The notes under the pieces are model-generated. The model did no database searches, had not been told where the DNA came from, and was given only the letters and a program-made list of their open reading frames with translations. Shown piece by piece: positions 22,362 to 35,869 of a stretch of DNA of 64,000 nucleotides. The stretch's first letter is position 1; every line of letters begins with the position of its first letter. A program made the translations under genes and the position numbers. The DNA is from Macrostomum lignano (lineage: Eukaryota): the NCBI GenBank assembly GCA_002269645.1, contig NIVC01000037.1, positions 1,178,001 to 1,242,000 on the forward strand, in the 5' to 3' direction.

Positions 22362-24634
22362 GAAGACAGAGAGGGAGACAGAGAGGAAAACAGAGAGGGA
22401 GAGGGAGACAGAGAGGGAGACAGAGAGGGAGAGGAGACAGAGAGAGAGAGAGAGGGAGAGGAAGACAAAGAGGGAGAGGGAGACAGAGAGGGAGACAGAG
22501 AGGAAGACAGAGAGGGAGACAGAGAGGGAGAGGAGACAGAGAGGGAGAGGAGACAGAGAGAGAGAGAGAGAGAGGAAGAGGAAGACAGAGAGGGAGAGGA
22601 GACAGAGAGGGAGAGAGAGAGGGAGAGGAAGACAAAGAGGGAGAGGGAGACAGAGAGGAAGACAGAGAGGGAGAGGAGACAGAGAGAGAGAGAGAGAGGA
22701 AGAGAGAGAGAGGGAGAGGAGACAGAGAGGGAGAGAGAGAGGGAGAGGAAGACAAAGAGGGAGAGGGAGACAGAGAGGAAGACAGAGAGGGAGAGGGAGA
22801 CAGAGAGGGAGACAGAGAGGGAGAGAGAGAGGGAGAGGAAGACAAAGAGGGAGAGGGAGACAGAGAGGAAGACAGAGAGGGAGAGGGAGACAGAGAGGGA
22901 GAGAGAGACAGAGAGGAAGACAAAGAGGGAGAGGGAGACAGAGAGGAAGACAGAGAGGGAGACAGAGAGGGAGAGGAGACAGAGAGAGAGAGAGAGAGAG
23001 GGAGAGGAAGACAGAGAGGGAGAGGGAGACAGAGAGGGAGACAGAGAGGAAAACAGAGAGGGAGAGGGAGACAGAGAGGAAGACAGAGAGGGAGAGGGAG
23101 ACAGAGAGGGAAAGGGAGACAGAGAGGAAGACAAAGAGGGAGAGGGAGACAGAGAGGGAGACAGAGAGGAAGACAGAGAGGGAGAGGGAGACAGAGTGGG
23201 AGAAGCAGAGGGAGAGGAGACAGAGAGAGAGAGAGAGGGAGAGGAAGACAGAGAGGGAGAGGAGACAGAGAGGGAGAGAGAGAGGGAGAGGAAGACAAAG
23301 AGGGAGAGGGAGACAGAGAGGAAGACAGAGAGGGAGAGGGAGACAGAGAGGGAGACAGAGAGGGAGAGAGAGAGGGAGAGGAAGACAAAGAGGGAGAGGG
23401 AGACAGAGAGGAAGACAGAGAGGGAGAGGGAGACAGAGAGGGAGACAGAGAGGGAGAGAGAGAGGGAGAGGAAGACAAAGAGGGAGAGGGAGACAGAGAG
23501 GAAGACAAAGAGGGAGAGGGAGACAGAGAGGAAGACAGAGAGGGAGAGGGAGACAGAGAGGGAGACAGAGAGGGAGAGAGAGAGGGAGAGGAAGACAAAG
23601 AGGGAGAGGGAGACAGAGAGGAAGACAAAGAGGGAGAGGGAGACAGAGAGAAAGACAGAGAGGGAGAGGGAGACAGAGAGGAAGACAGAGAGGGAGAGGG
23701 GGACAGAGAGGAAGACAAAGAGGGAGAGGGAGACAGAGAGGAAGACAGAGAGGGAGAGGGAGACAGAGAGGGAGAGGGAGACAGAGAGGAAGACAAAGAG
23801 GGAGAGGGAGACAGAGAGGAAGACAGAGAGGGAGACAGAGAGGGAGAGGAGACAGAGAGAGAGAGAGAGAGAGGGAGAGGAAGACAGAGAGGGAGACAGA
23901 GAGGAAAACAGAGAGGGAGAGGGAGACAGAGAGGGAGACAGAGAGGGAGAGGAGACAGAGAGAGAGAGAGAGGGAGAGGAAGACAAAGAGGGAGAGGGAG
24001 ACAGAGAGGGAGACAGAGAGGAAGACAGAGAGGGAGAGGGAGACAGAGAGGGAGACAGAGAGGGAGAGGAGACAGAAAGAGAGAGAGAGAGGAAGAGGAA
24101 GACAGAGAGGGAGAGGAGACAGAGAGGGAGAGAGAGAGGGAGAGGAAGACAAAGAGGGAGAGGGAGACAGAGAGGGAGACAGAGAGGGAGAGGAGACAGA
24201 GAGAGAGAGAGAGAGGAAGAGGAAGACAGAGAGGGAGAGGAGACAGAGAGGGAGAGAGAGAGGGAGAGGAAGACAAAGAGGGAGAGGGAGACAGAGAGGA
24301 AGACAGAGAGGGAGAGGGAGACAGAGAGGGAGACAGAGAGGGAGAGAGAGAGGGAGAGGAAGACAAAGAGGGAGAGGGAGACAGAGAGGAAGACAAAGAG
24401 GGAGAGGGAGACAGAGAGGAAGACAGAGAGGGAGAGGGAGACAGAGAGGAAGACAGAGAGGGAGAGGGAGACAGAGAGGAAGACAAAGAGGGAGAGGGAG
24501 ACAGAGAGGAAGACAGAGAGGGAGAGGGAGACAGAGAGGGAGAGGGAGACAGAGAGGGAGAGGGAGACAGAGAGGAAGACAAAGAGGGAGAGGGAGACAG
24601 AGAGGAAGACAGAGAGGGAGACAGAGAGGGAGAG

Positions 24635-24673
<39 letters not shown>

Positions 24674-26395
24674 GAAGACAGAGAGGGAGAGGGAGACAGA
24701 GAGGGAGACAGAGAGGGAGAAGACAGAGAGGGAGAGAGGAGACAGAGAGAGAGAGAGAGGGAGAGGGAGAGGAAGACAAAGAGGGAGAGGGAGACAGAGA
24801 GGGAGACAGAGAGGAAGACAGAGAGGGAGAGGGAGACAGAGAGGGAGACAGAGAGGGAGAGGAGACAGAGAGAGAGAGAGAGAGAGAGAGGAAGACAGAG
24901 AGGGAGAGGAGACAGAGAGGGAGAGAGAGAGGGAGAGGAAGACAAAGAGGGAGAGGGAGACAGAGAGGAAGACAGAGAGGGAGAGGGAGACAGAGAGGGA
25001 GACAGAGAGGGAGAGAGAGAGGGAGAGGAAGACAAAGAGGGAGAGGGAGACAGAGAGGAAGACAGAGAGGGAGAGGGAGACAGAGAGGGAGACAGAGAGG
25101 GAGAGAGAGAGGGAGAGGAAGACAAAGAGGGAGAGGGAGACAGAGAGGAAGACAAAGAGGGAGAGGGAGACAGAGAGGAAGACAGAGAGGGAGAGGGAGA
25201 CAGAGAGGGAGACAGAGAGGGAGAGAGAGAGGGAGAGGAAGACAAAGAGGGAGAGGGAGACAGAGAGGAAGACAAAGAGGGAGAGGGAGACAGAGAGGAA
25301 GACAGAGAGGGAGAGGGAGACAGAGAGGAAGACAGAGAGGGAGAGGGGGACAGAGAGGAAGACAAAGAGGGAGAAGGAGACAGAGAGGAAGACAGAGAGG
25401 GAGAGGGAGACAGAGAGGGAGAGGGAGACAGAGAGGAAGACAAAGAGGGAGAGGGAGACAGAGAGGAAGACAGAGAGGGAGACAGAGAGGGAGAGGAGAC
25501 AGAGAGAGAGAGAGAGAGAGGGAGAGGAAGACAGAGAGGGAGACAGAGAGGAAAACAGAGAGGGAGAGGGAGACAGAGAGGGAGACAGAGAGGGAGAGGA
25601 GACAGAGAGAGAGAGAGAGGGAGAGGAAGACAAAGAGGGAGAGGGAGACAGAGAGGGAGACAGAGAGGAAGACAGAGAGGGAGAGGGAGACAGAGAGGGA
25701 GACAGAGAGGGAGAGGAGACAGAGAGAGAGAGAGAGAGAGGAAGAGGAAGACAGAGAGGGAGAGGAGACAGAGAGGGAGAGAGAGAGGGAGAGGAAGACA
25801 AAGAGGGAGAGGGAGACAGAGAGGAAGACAGAGAGGGAGAGGGAGACAGAGAGGGAGACAGAGAGGGAGAGAGAGAGGGAGAGGAAGACAAAGAGGGAGA
25901 GGGAGACAGAGAGGAAGACAAAGAGGGAGAGGGAGACAGAGAGGAAGACAGAGAGGGAGAGGGAGACAGAGAGGGAGACAGAGAGGGAGAGAGAGAGGGA
26001 GAGGAAGACAAAGAGGGAGAGGGAGACAGAGAGGAAGACAAAGAGGGAGAGGGAGACAGAGAGGAAGACAGAGAGGGAGAGGGAGACAGAGAGGGAGACA
26101 GAGAGGGAGAGGGAGACAGAGAGGAAGACAAAGAGGGAGAGGGAGACAGAGAGGAAAACAGAGAGGGAGAGGGAGACAGAGAGGGAGACAGAGAGGGAGA
26201 GGAGACAGAGAGAGAGAGGGAGAGGAAGACAAAGAGGGAGAGGGAGACAGAGAGGGAGAGGGAGACACAGAGGGAGAGGGAGACAGAGGGAGAGGGAGAC
26301 AGAGAGGGAGAGAGAGACAGAGAGGGAGAGGGAGAGGGAGACAGAAAGGGAGAGGGAGACAGAAAGGGAGGGGGAGACAGAAAGGGGGAGGGGAC
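21775..26395. repeat. 4.6-kb GA-rich compound microsatellite
   Basis: + strand is almost entirely A/G with scattered C and nearly no T; built from gagggagacaga/gaggaagaca modules. Confidence 0.97.
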
Positions 26396-26870
26396 AGGTA
26401 AATACTGGTGGCTACTCAATCTAGAGGATAGGTAGACAGTGCACACAGAGAGCTAATTGCTAACACACAGTACAACATGAGTTACCGGCATTAGTAATAA
26501 ACTACAACACTTATTTACAAGTTGAATTTAAGGAAGTTGGACTTTTTAGTGCTCTCATGGGTCATTCTCAAATAGATCGTTTTTTTAGACAAGGTGGGCA
26601 GAAAATTAGGCACTCTGTGAGTCATGCAAATAATTCAACTACTGCAAGTAGCTACAAGACAAACATCAAAATTTTTAAATTGTGACAATTCGGAAAGTTA
26701 TAAACACAGCGCCAGACCCAAAACCCGGCTGATCTGTTCCGCCATAATCTCAGAAGGTCGGTGATAGCCTGCGATAATGAAATGCAGAAATAAACGCTTT
26801 AACTATACTGACATACCAATTAGCCTAATAGTAGTTTAAACGTGTTTTAAACGCAAAAAGATCAACTCAC

Positions 26871-26919
26871 GCCTGGCTTGAAGAGATGATCGCTTTTTAT
26901 CGCTCGGTTTTGAGCCGCC
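26871..26919 (-). CDS. PDE8: PDE8 49-nt linker exon (GGSKPSDKKRSSLQAR)
   Basis: ttttcag| and |gtgagt; supplies the required phase 0 to phase 1 bridge. Confidence 0.75.
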
Positions 26920-27384
26920 CTGAAAACAGAAATAAATGAAGAGAAAAATACAAAACATGCTACTTCAAGTAAGAGTGAAAGTATAAAACCTGAAGCATTT
27001 TCCCTCAGTTACAAAGCTCGAGCGTAAGTAAGATGTAGAAATTAGGCGAATTTATGCGAAGTCACGAGCGGAGTTAATCCTGTCTGGCGGAGTTCCCACC
27101 CCCTCACCCGACTTGAAAAATCTCAGACTCTCTGATCCCCTGGTAGTCCGCATTATTTAAGTAAGACACAGCGCGTTCTCAAGGATTGCACGCTGCATGC
27201 CCCAACTCAGACAGCTTCAACTCTCACATGAAGCCGAGGCTCAGAGAAAATATGCTTAATATTTTCTAATATGCCGGCCGGCTCAGCGGGTAACTTCAAT
27301 TCTAATGAGCTTTATCTTAAAATCTTGTCTCTGAATATTACTTACTCCTTTTGTTTTTACTGCCAAGGAAACCGTTGATCAAAA

Positions 27385-27705
27385 ATCCCAATCAAACTCA
27401 TAATCAATTATCCCAATCGAACTCATAATCAATAATCCCAATCGAATTCATAACCAATAATCCCAATCGAACTCATAATCAATAATCCCAATCGAACTTA
27501 CAATCAACTATCCCAATCAAACTGATAATCCAATAATCCCAATCAAACTCATAATTAATAATCCCAATCGAACTCATAATCAACTATCCCAATCGAACTC
27601 ATAATTAAAAATCCCAATCGAACTCATAATTAATAATCCCAATTGAACTCATAGTCAATAATCCCAATCGAACTCATAGTCAATAATCCCAATCGAACTC
27701 ACAAC
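27385..27705. repeat. 25-bp minisatellite (aatcccaatcgaactcataatcaat)
   Basis: Tandem copies. Confidence 0.9.
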
Positions 27706-27838
27706 CCTAAAATCGAAGCGAACTCAAATCACAAGCAGATTTCAAATCGCTAAGTAAATGAAAATCATGCAATTTCATAAAACATCCCCAACTGAATCCA
27801 TCAACCTATCAAAGATCCCAAAATAGTCGCGCTCGCAC

Positions 27839-28006
27839 CGTCATCAGCCCGCCGACGTAGTCCGAGGCCATCCGATCGCCAGGGTCCAGCGGCGGCTGCT
27901 GCTGATCGCCGCCGGCCTGCCTCAGCAGCTCCAGGGCCCGATCCAGGGCAGCGGCCGCGGCCGGGCTCTGGCTGCCGTCCCTGGCCTGGCCGAGCAGCCC
28001 CAGCAC
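27839..28006 (-). CDS. PDE8: PDE8 exon (VLGLLGQARDGS...ALDRALELLR...DYVGGLMT)
   Basis: Resembles PDE8 ALDRVLEILR...DLVGGLMS. Confidence 0.9.
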
Positions 28007-28047
28007 CTGGGAGGGGGTGGGGGATCGGGATCTGTGTGGGGTTGAAG

Positions 28048-28497
<450 letters not shown>

Positions 28498-28536
28498 GCT
28501 AATCTAGACACCCTCAATACGCACCGTTATACTCAC

Positions 28537-28634
28537 TTTTTGCATCGGCAGGTCCGTTGAACCGATGCGACTGGCCGCAGTCTTGCCGCCGCCGCCGCCG
28601 CCGCCGCCGCTCTTGATGGCATTCAGCAGGGAGG
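28537..28634 (-). CDS. PDE8: PDE8 exon (SLLNAIKSGGGGGGGGK...DLPMQK)
   Basis: GT-AG boundaries and phase match; ends like PDE8 EAPITK. Confidence 0.82.
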
Positions 28635-30253
28635 CTAAAATTTGCAATCCCATTTTTTTATTTTTGTTTAAATTTTCTGCTTCAATTTGAAACTCCGGAC
28701 AGACTGGCTGAGTCAATCGGTTAAGGGATGGCGAAGCGAGATATTTATAGCAGTCAGCGGAATGGGCAGAGTTATGGGCGAAATGAACAAGTTAGAAAAC
28801 TTGTTTTTCTCCGTCTTTGTGTGTTTCTTGTAGTACAAAATATTTTCTATTTAAAAAACGTTCTTTGCGTCAATACTTGATTTTCGGAGCGCAGAATTGC
28901 GCAAATAAAGCGCTTGTTATGACGCAAAAAACACAGTTTGCGCACCAAACTCGCGGACATTAATACCAAATAAAAATATTTTTAGCATAGAAAGCCGCCA
29001 GGGAATTAGGTTAAAACTTGTTGAGTTTCTGGCTAGGCAACAACAACGACAGACGTAACACGGCGTCTTTGACACTTTCGGTTTTTTTAAAAACAGGTTA
29101 AAAAATAAATTACTACTTTGCGTTGGGTGTAAACAGCCTACATCAAGTACTTTCAAAGGAGCAGGCCTGAGTTCTATGGCACTGTTTTTGAAGGCCGAAT
29201 GTCGACAAATCTTAGTTTGAACTTCTACAAACCAAGTAGCGAGTGCTTCGGTGGTTGTCTCGCTCGTTTTTTATCGATTTTTAATCCTGGACGACATCGT
29301 TGAAACCTTAGAAACCATTTTGGCTACTGATGGGTTTGCGGGAGACAATACACTGCGGAGATTAGTAGGATATAATAAAATATATTTGCAGCATGTTCGG
29401 GGGCACCCATGGCGCAATGCCTTCGGCGGCATTGTGCCTGCCGCTGAGATGCTCCTCTGCCCTGCACTATTGAGATAATAACTTTTCATTTTTTCTGCGC
29501 AACAATAGCCATGGTTTTCCTAGTGCAAACTAAAAAATGACCTGTCAACATGGAATGCCAGTTTTATTATTTCGCGAATTCGGCCTTCAAAACTTTTTCT
29601 AGAAACGAACTTTCCACGAAATGCTACCGGAGACAGGTAAGCGGGCAGAGTTCATGCGAGATTTTAACTCTTCCTTCCTGCCTCCTCAGACGATTTTTTT
29701 CTAGTCGGGGCATTTTTCGATCAAGTTTCGTCTTCGGCAAAACCCCATTCAAAATTGACTGTTGCTGCACTAAACAGCAAACCTTTGCGAAATCCCTTTA
29801 TAAAATTTAAGCTAACGTTTCCGCTCTTAAATAGTGTTTCTGTATGGGTTTAAAAGAATGCACACACTAAGAACAGGAAAAAGGGTCACCACGATGTTTA
29901 AGGGCAGTTTAACTACGATTTCTCAGTATTGTCTATGGGCGAGACCAAATCTACTGCTGCCAAATGGGAACTGTCAACTTGGTTCACAGATTCTACATTA
30001 CCCCTAGAAGGGCCACTCCAGTCCCCATAAGAAATTATTCATCCATGTTTGGTTGGCTCAAACAACCAACTTGGCTGACAAAACCAACGCTTGTCCCATA
30101 GACCTTGTGAGCACAGACCAACCAGCACAGGATAAAGTACATGCTCTACTTCATTTTGCAACTTGCAGGAATTTCAAAACATTTGACTAAAACAACTGCA
30201 AAAACACGATTTGCGAGTAATCACGCGACCAGCCCCATTTAAACATTCTTTAC

Positions 30254-30394
30254 CATCTAACGGCGCGGAGGCCGCGCTGGGCATTGGGCCGGCTATGAGA
30301 GGCTGAACGAGTCTCAGGCCACTCAGCATCTCAGATCGGCTGCGCTGCATCAGCAGCAAGTTCGAGTATGCTGCTGGAGTCGGTTCGACATCGT
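30254..30394 (-). CDS. PDE8: PDE8 linker exon (DVEPTPAAYSNLLLMQRSRS...)
   Basis: ccctag| and |gtaaag; phase 1/1 fits both neighbours. Confidence 0.7.
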
Positions 30395-30471
30395 CTAGGG
30401 ATCAAGTTATTTTCAGTAAATATTTTTATAGCAATTGAGTTGCATAAAGATTACCTTAAATGCGGTGGATC

Positions 30472-31700
30472 TTAAACTCCTGAAGGTGAATCTAAACTCC
30501 TGAAGGTGAATCTAAACTCCTGAAGGTGAATCTAAACTCCTAAAGGTGGATCTAAACTCCTGAAGGTGAATCTAAACTCCTGAAGGTGAATCTAAACTCC
30601 TAAAGGTGGATCTAAACTCCTGAAGGTGAATCTAAACTCCTGAAGGTGAATCTAAACTCCTGAAGGTGAATCTAAACTCCTGAAGGTGGATCTAAACTCC
30701 TGAAGGTGAATCTAAACTCCTAAAGGTGGATCTAAACTCCTGAAGGTGAATCTAAACTCCTGAAGGTGAATCTAAACTCCTGAAGGTGGATCTAAACTCC
30801 TGAAGGTGAATCTAAACTCCTGAAGGTGAATCTAAACTCCTGAAGGTGAATCTAAACTCCTGAAGGTGAATCTAAGCTCCTGAAGGTGAATCTAAACTCC
30901 TGAAGGTGAATCTAAACTCCTGAAGGTGGATTTAAACTCCTGAAGGTGAATCTAAACTCCTGAAGGTGAATCTAAACTCCTGAAGGTGAATCTAAACTCC
31001 TGAAGGTGAATCTAAACTTCTGAAGGTGAATCTAAACTTCTGAAGGTGAATCTAAACTCCTAAAGGTGGATCTAAACTCCTGAAGGTGAATCTAAACTCC
31101 TGAAGGTGAATCTAAACTCCTGAAGGTGAATCTAAACTCCTGAAGGTGGATCTAAACTCCTGAAGGTGAATCTAAACTCCTAAAGGTGGATCTAAACTCC
31201 TGAAGGTGAATCTAAACTCCTGAAGGTGAATCTAAACTCCTGAAGGTGGATCTAAACTCCTGAAGGTGAATCTAAACTCCTGAAGGTGAATCTAAACTCC
31301 TGAAGGTGAATCTAAACTCCTGAAGGTGAATCTAAGCTCCTGAAGGTGAATCTAAACTCCTGAAGGTGGATTTAAACTCCTGAAGGTGAATCTAAACTCC
31401 TGAAGGTGAATCTAAACTCCTGAAGGTGAATCTAAACTCCTGAAGGTGAATCTAAACTCTTGAAGGTTTATCTAAACTCCTGAAGGTTTATCTAAACTCC
31501 TGAAGGTGGATCTAAACTCCTGAAGGTTTATCTAAACTCCTGAAGGTGGATCTAAACTCCTGAAGGTTTATCTAAACTCCTGAAGGTAAATCTAAACTCA
31601 TGAATGGGAATCTAAACTCCTGAAGGTTTTTCTAAACTTCTGAAGGTGAATCTAAACTCCTGAAGGCAAACGTAAACTCCTGAAGGCAAACCTAAACTCC
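30472..31700. repeat. 20-bp minisatellite (tctaaactcctgaaggtgaa)
   Basis: About 60 tandem copies. Confidence 0.97.
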
Positions 31701-31938
31701 CACAGGTGAACATAAACTTTATTAGCCAAATATGTTTAGTAAAAAATCATGCAATCAGAAAAATATTAATACTACTGTTAGTAAAGAAAATAAAAGATGG
31801 CATTAAACTTAAGTTGTGATTTTTCTATGCGAGAACTTTTTGATTCGATAAATAATCAAAAGCGTGCAAGAAGCAAGCATTCTGATTAAAAGTTTTAATC
31901 AAAGCTACGGTCAGCAGGGGAGGAGGGTCATCTCTCAC

Positions 31939-32048
31939 CTTTGTCGTGTCCTGATGCGGCAGAGTCCTTTGATTGCTGCTGGAGCGGCTCCGTCTGCGGC
32001 TCTGCCCCGTTGAGTGACTGGCGAATGCTGACGTAATGCTGGATTCGC
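31939..32048 (-). CDS. PDE8: PDE8 PAS end exon (RIQHYVSIRQ...)
   Basis: Resembles PDE8 KIRHYVSI; phases match. Confidence 0.88.
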
Positions 32049-32146
32049 CTGAAATTGCAATGCAAAAATCTTATCATGGACTGTCAAAGCAGAAGGCAAA
32101 GTCAATACCGGCCCCCATCACATGTCCTTCAGAGTAAACTGCTCAC

Positions 32147-32235
32147 CCGCGCCTGCCCTTGATTGGCAAGATGCAGCACTGATGCTGAAATGTGGCGCCG
32201 GATTTTCGTTTCCCTGTGGCGCTGCCGATCCATTC
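32147..32235 (-). CDS. PDE8: PDE8 PAS exon (EWIGSATGKRKSG...ILPIKGRRG)
   Basis: Resembles PDE8 EWQG...KKKNG; phases match. Confidence 0.88.
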
Positions 32236-32619
32236 CTAGAAAATGTTTGTTAGATTAGTAAATTCCACTTGGTGTGCTGAAAAGGAAAACTTTGTCCAAT
32301 CAGCTTTCCCACTGATCAGATTGATCAGTGGGACAAGGTCAAGGCTGGAGAGGCGGGTGTAGCTGATAAAGTTTCTGCCAATCAGCATTAAGCTAGGAGG
32401 CCAGTGTAAAATAAAATCCAATAAAAACAGTCGGAGCGTGAGGTGGGTGTAGCTGATAAAGTCTCAGCCAATCAGCATCAAGCTAGGAGGCAGGCCGACT
32501 GCAGGCTTCTAGTGTTAAATAAGACTAATTGGACTGAGCTGATTGGGAGCAAGCGAAATGATACGAAGCGAGAGATATATGTACATTGGGCAATAACCGT
32601 CTACATCAAGACCGCTCAC

Positions 32620-32757
32620 CTTGCCCTTGCGCAGGCTCTGCAGCAGACTGCGCATCTCGTCCTCGGTCTTGTCTACGAACATGGCATCGAAGGAGTTGCA
32701 CCTCTGCGACTCGCCTGCTGAGCGGCCGAACATTTTATCATGCGCCGGGTTCGTGTA
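32620..32757 (-). CDS. PDE8: PDE8 PAS exon (YTNPAHDKMFG...SLRKGK)
   Basis: PAS YxNPAF-like motif; GT-AG boundaries. Confidence 0.88.
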
Positions 32758-32869
32758 CTAATAGGAAAACGGCGAAGGAATTCTCTTAAGTTGTAATCAG
32801 TTTTATCAGCTAATTTTGCACATTTCATCCAAACTTTAGCACTACTTTTTTTTATCAAAAACTGTTACA

Positions 32870-33770
32870 CACTTTTATCAGCCATTGTTGCCCACTTTTA
32901 TCAGCCATGGTTGCACATTTTTATCAGCCATTGTTGCCCACTTTTATCAGCCATGGTTGCACACTTTTATCAGCCATGGTTGCATACTTTTATCAGCCAT
33001 GGTTGCACACTTTTTTCAGCCATGGTTGCACACTTTTATCAGCCATGGTTGCACACTTTTATCAGCCATGGTTGCACACTTTTATCAGCCATGGTTGCAC
33101 ACTTTTTTCAGCCATGGTTGCACACTTTTTTCAGCCATGGTTGCACACTTTTATCAGCCATGGTTGCACACTTTTATCAGACATGGTTGCACACTTTTTT
33201 TCAGCCATGGTTGCACACTTTTTTCAGCCATGGTTGCACACTTTTATCAGCCATGGTTGCACACTTTTATCAGACATGGTTGCACACTTTTTTTCAGCCA
33301 TGGTTGCACACTTTTTTCAGCCATGGTTGCACACTTTTATCAGCCATGGTTGCACACTTTTATCAGACATGGTTGCACACTTTTATCAGCCATGGTTGCA
33401 CACTTTTATCAGCCATTGTTGCACACTTTTATCAGCCATTGTTGCACACTTTTATCAGCCATGGTTGCACACTTTTATCAGACATGGTTGCACACTTTTT
33501 TCAGCCATGGTTGCACACTTTTATCAGACATGGTTGCACAATTTTATCAGACATGGTTGCACACTTTTATCAGCCATGGTTGCACACTTTTATCAGCCAT
33601 TGTTGCACACTTTTATCAGCCATTGTTGCACACTTTTATCAGACATGGTTGCACAATTTTATCAGACATGGTTGCACACTTATCAGACATGGTTGCACAC
33701 TTTTATCAGCCATGGTTGCACACTTTTATCAGCCATGGTTGCACACTTTTTTCAGCCATGGTTGCACACC
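32870..33770. repeat. 23-25 bp minisatellite (ttttatcagccatggttgcacac)
   Basis: Tandem copies. Confidence 0.96.
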
Positions 33771-34111
33771 ACTCTTTTGCGGTTATCTTCTGCAAAAGTT
33801 TTGTACTATTAATATTTGCAAGCTCGCGAGTGTACCCGAATGAAAAAGATCAGACAAAGTCTAAGTCTTAAGAAGTCTGCATTAACAAGTCGGCAAAGAA
33901 TGGAGGAATACTCAGTCAGATTATTCCCATATCAATCTGCCCGGTTCCCCTTCTTTCCCCAGCCCGCCACGCTTCAATTTATCCGCGCGCGGCCCCGACG
34001 CACAAATCCGGCCCCCACACCCGATGGAGTTGAGACGAAAGTAAATCCTGAATCCCTTTCAATCATCGGGGGAGAAGCATGGCGCGGTCAAAAAGTCCGT
34101 TGGAGACGGGA

Positions 34112-34157
<46 letters not shown>

Positions 34158-34540
34158 TGGCAGTCCCCCATGCTCTTCTTCCCCTCGATGCTGCTTCTGC
34201 TGATCGGTTCATCATCTGACCATTTTTTTCTGGGCAAGGAGCCGCCCGAACCGGGACGGAATTCTGAACCGATTATGTCTGTTAACTGCTATCTCTTCCG
34301 TTGCTCCGCCTGTTCCTATTAAGAGGCGCGAGGATGCCAGCACAGGCAGGCCCTCAATTTCTATGCATGCATATTTTGCCTTTTTTCCTGGTTAGTCTTC
34401 GTGAGTAGTATAGCCGCCGCTCCGTAGCACTCGTGGGATTCGGGGAGTTGACTTCTACTATCATTAAGAGTGCATATGCTCGAAGTTTTCCTTGCGAGAA
34501 AAATGAGACTAAGCTTCCGACAGGGATTCTATCGGCAAGA

Positions 34541-35412
34541 ATTCCCCAGGCAGATCCAGTCAGCGGGAATCCCCAGGCAGATCCAGTCAGCGGGAATCCC
34601 CAGGCAGATCCAGTCAGCGGGAATCCCCAGGCAGATCCAGTCAGTGGGAATCCCCAGGCAGATCTAGTCAGCGGGAATCCCCAGGCAGATCTAGTCAGCG
34701 GGAATCCCCAGGCAGATCCAGTCAGCGGGAATCCCCAGGCAGATCCAGTCAGCGGGAATTCCCCGGGTAGATCCAGTCAGCGGGAATCCCCAGGCAGATC
34801 TAGTCAGCGGGAATCCCCAGGCAGATCTAGTCAGCGGGAATCCCCAGGCAGATCCAGTCAGCGGGAATCCCCAGGCAGATCTAGTCAGCGGGAATCCCCA
34901 GGCAGATCCAGTCAGCGGGAATCCCCAGGCAGATCTAGTCAGCGGGAATCCCCAGGCAGATCCAGTCAGCGGGAATCCCCAGGCAGATCTAGTCAGCGGG
35001 AATCCCCAGGCAGATCCAGTCAGCGGGAATCCCCAGGCAGATCCAGTCAGTGGGAATCCCCAGGCAGATCTAGTCAGCGGGAATCCCCAGGCAGATCCAG
35101 TCAGCGGGAATCCCCAGGCAGATCCAGTCAGCGGGAATTCCCCGGGTAGATCCAGTCAGCGGGAATCCCCAGGCAGATCCAGTCAGCGGGAATCCCCAGG
35201 CAGATCCAGTCAGCGGGAATTCCCCGGGTAGATCCAGTCAGCGGGAATCCCCAGGCAGATCCAGTCAGCGCGAATCCCCAGGCAGATCCAGTCAGCGGGA
35301 ATCCCCAGGCAGATCTAGTCAGCGGGAATCCCCAGGCAGATCCAGTCAGCGGGAATCCCCAGGCAGATCCAGTCAGCGGGAATTCCCCGGGTAGATCCAG
35401 TCAGCGGGAATT
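34541..35412. repeat. 27-bp minisatellite (gggaatccccaggcagatccagtcagc)
   Basis: Tandem copies ending close to the donor at 35428. Confidence 0.96.
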
Positions 35413-35428
35413 CACCAGCCAGATTCAC

Positions 35429-35596
35429 CTGGATGCAGAACCGGTCGCTGGCGATCTCCACGGCCTCGCCGCTGCGGTCCAGTGCGGCAAATGCGGCCGC
35501 CAGAGCCGCCAGCTTCTCGCAGCAGCGGAAGGAGCTCTGCTGACAGGTGACCAGACAGTCGGAGCAGCTGTCCACGCTGATTGATTCGGCAAATTT
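35429..35596 (-). CDS. PDE8: PDE8 REC-PAS junction exon (KFAESIS...FAALDRSGEAVEIASDRFCIQ)
   Basis: Resembles PDE8 FTALDHCHEAIEITSD..IQ. Confidence 0.9.
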
Positions 35597-35869
35597 CTAG
35601 AATGAAAACAGATTTTTATTGATTTAATAAAAAAATTTCGAATGCTTAGAATGGTTAAATGAGATAATGAATAATGCTCTACTAAGGGAGGTGAAGAAAC
35701 AGGAAAGGAATGAAGCTGAAAAGTAGGGTAGAAAAATTTGAGATGCAGGGCAGGAATAAAGGTGAGGTGCAGGGAGGAACAAAGGTGAGATGCAGAGCAG
35801 AAAAGGGTGAAATACAGGTAGGAATTAAGGTAAGATGCAAGGTGGAATAAACTTAGATACAGGGCAGAA

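Noticed and set aside
18998-26446. Multi-hundred-aa ORFs in several frames (SLSP/ERER/ITHPLTL types)
   Set aside because: Translations of low-complexity repeats; only 21332-21546 is a real exon.
29186-29592. 15-bp inverted repeat ttttgaaggccgaat/attcggccttcaaaa
   Set aside because: No target-site duplication or second copy is seen; may be a MITE remnant or chance.
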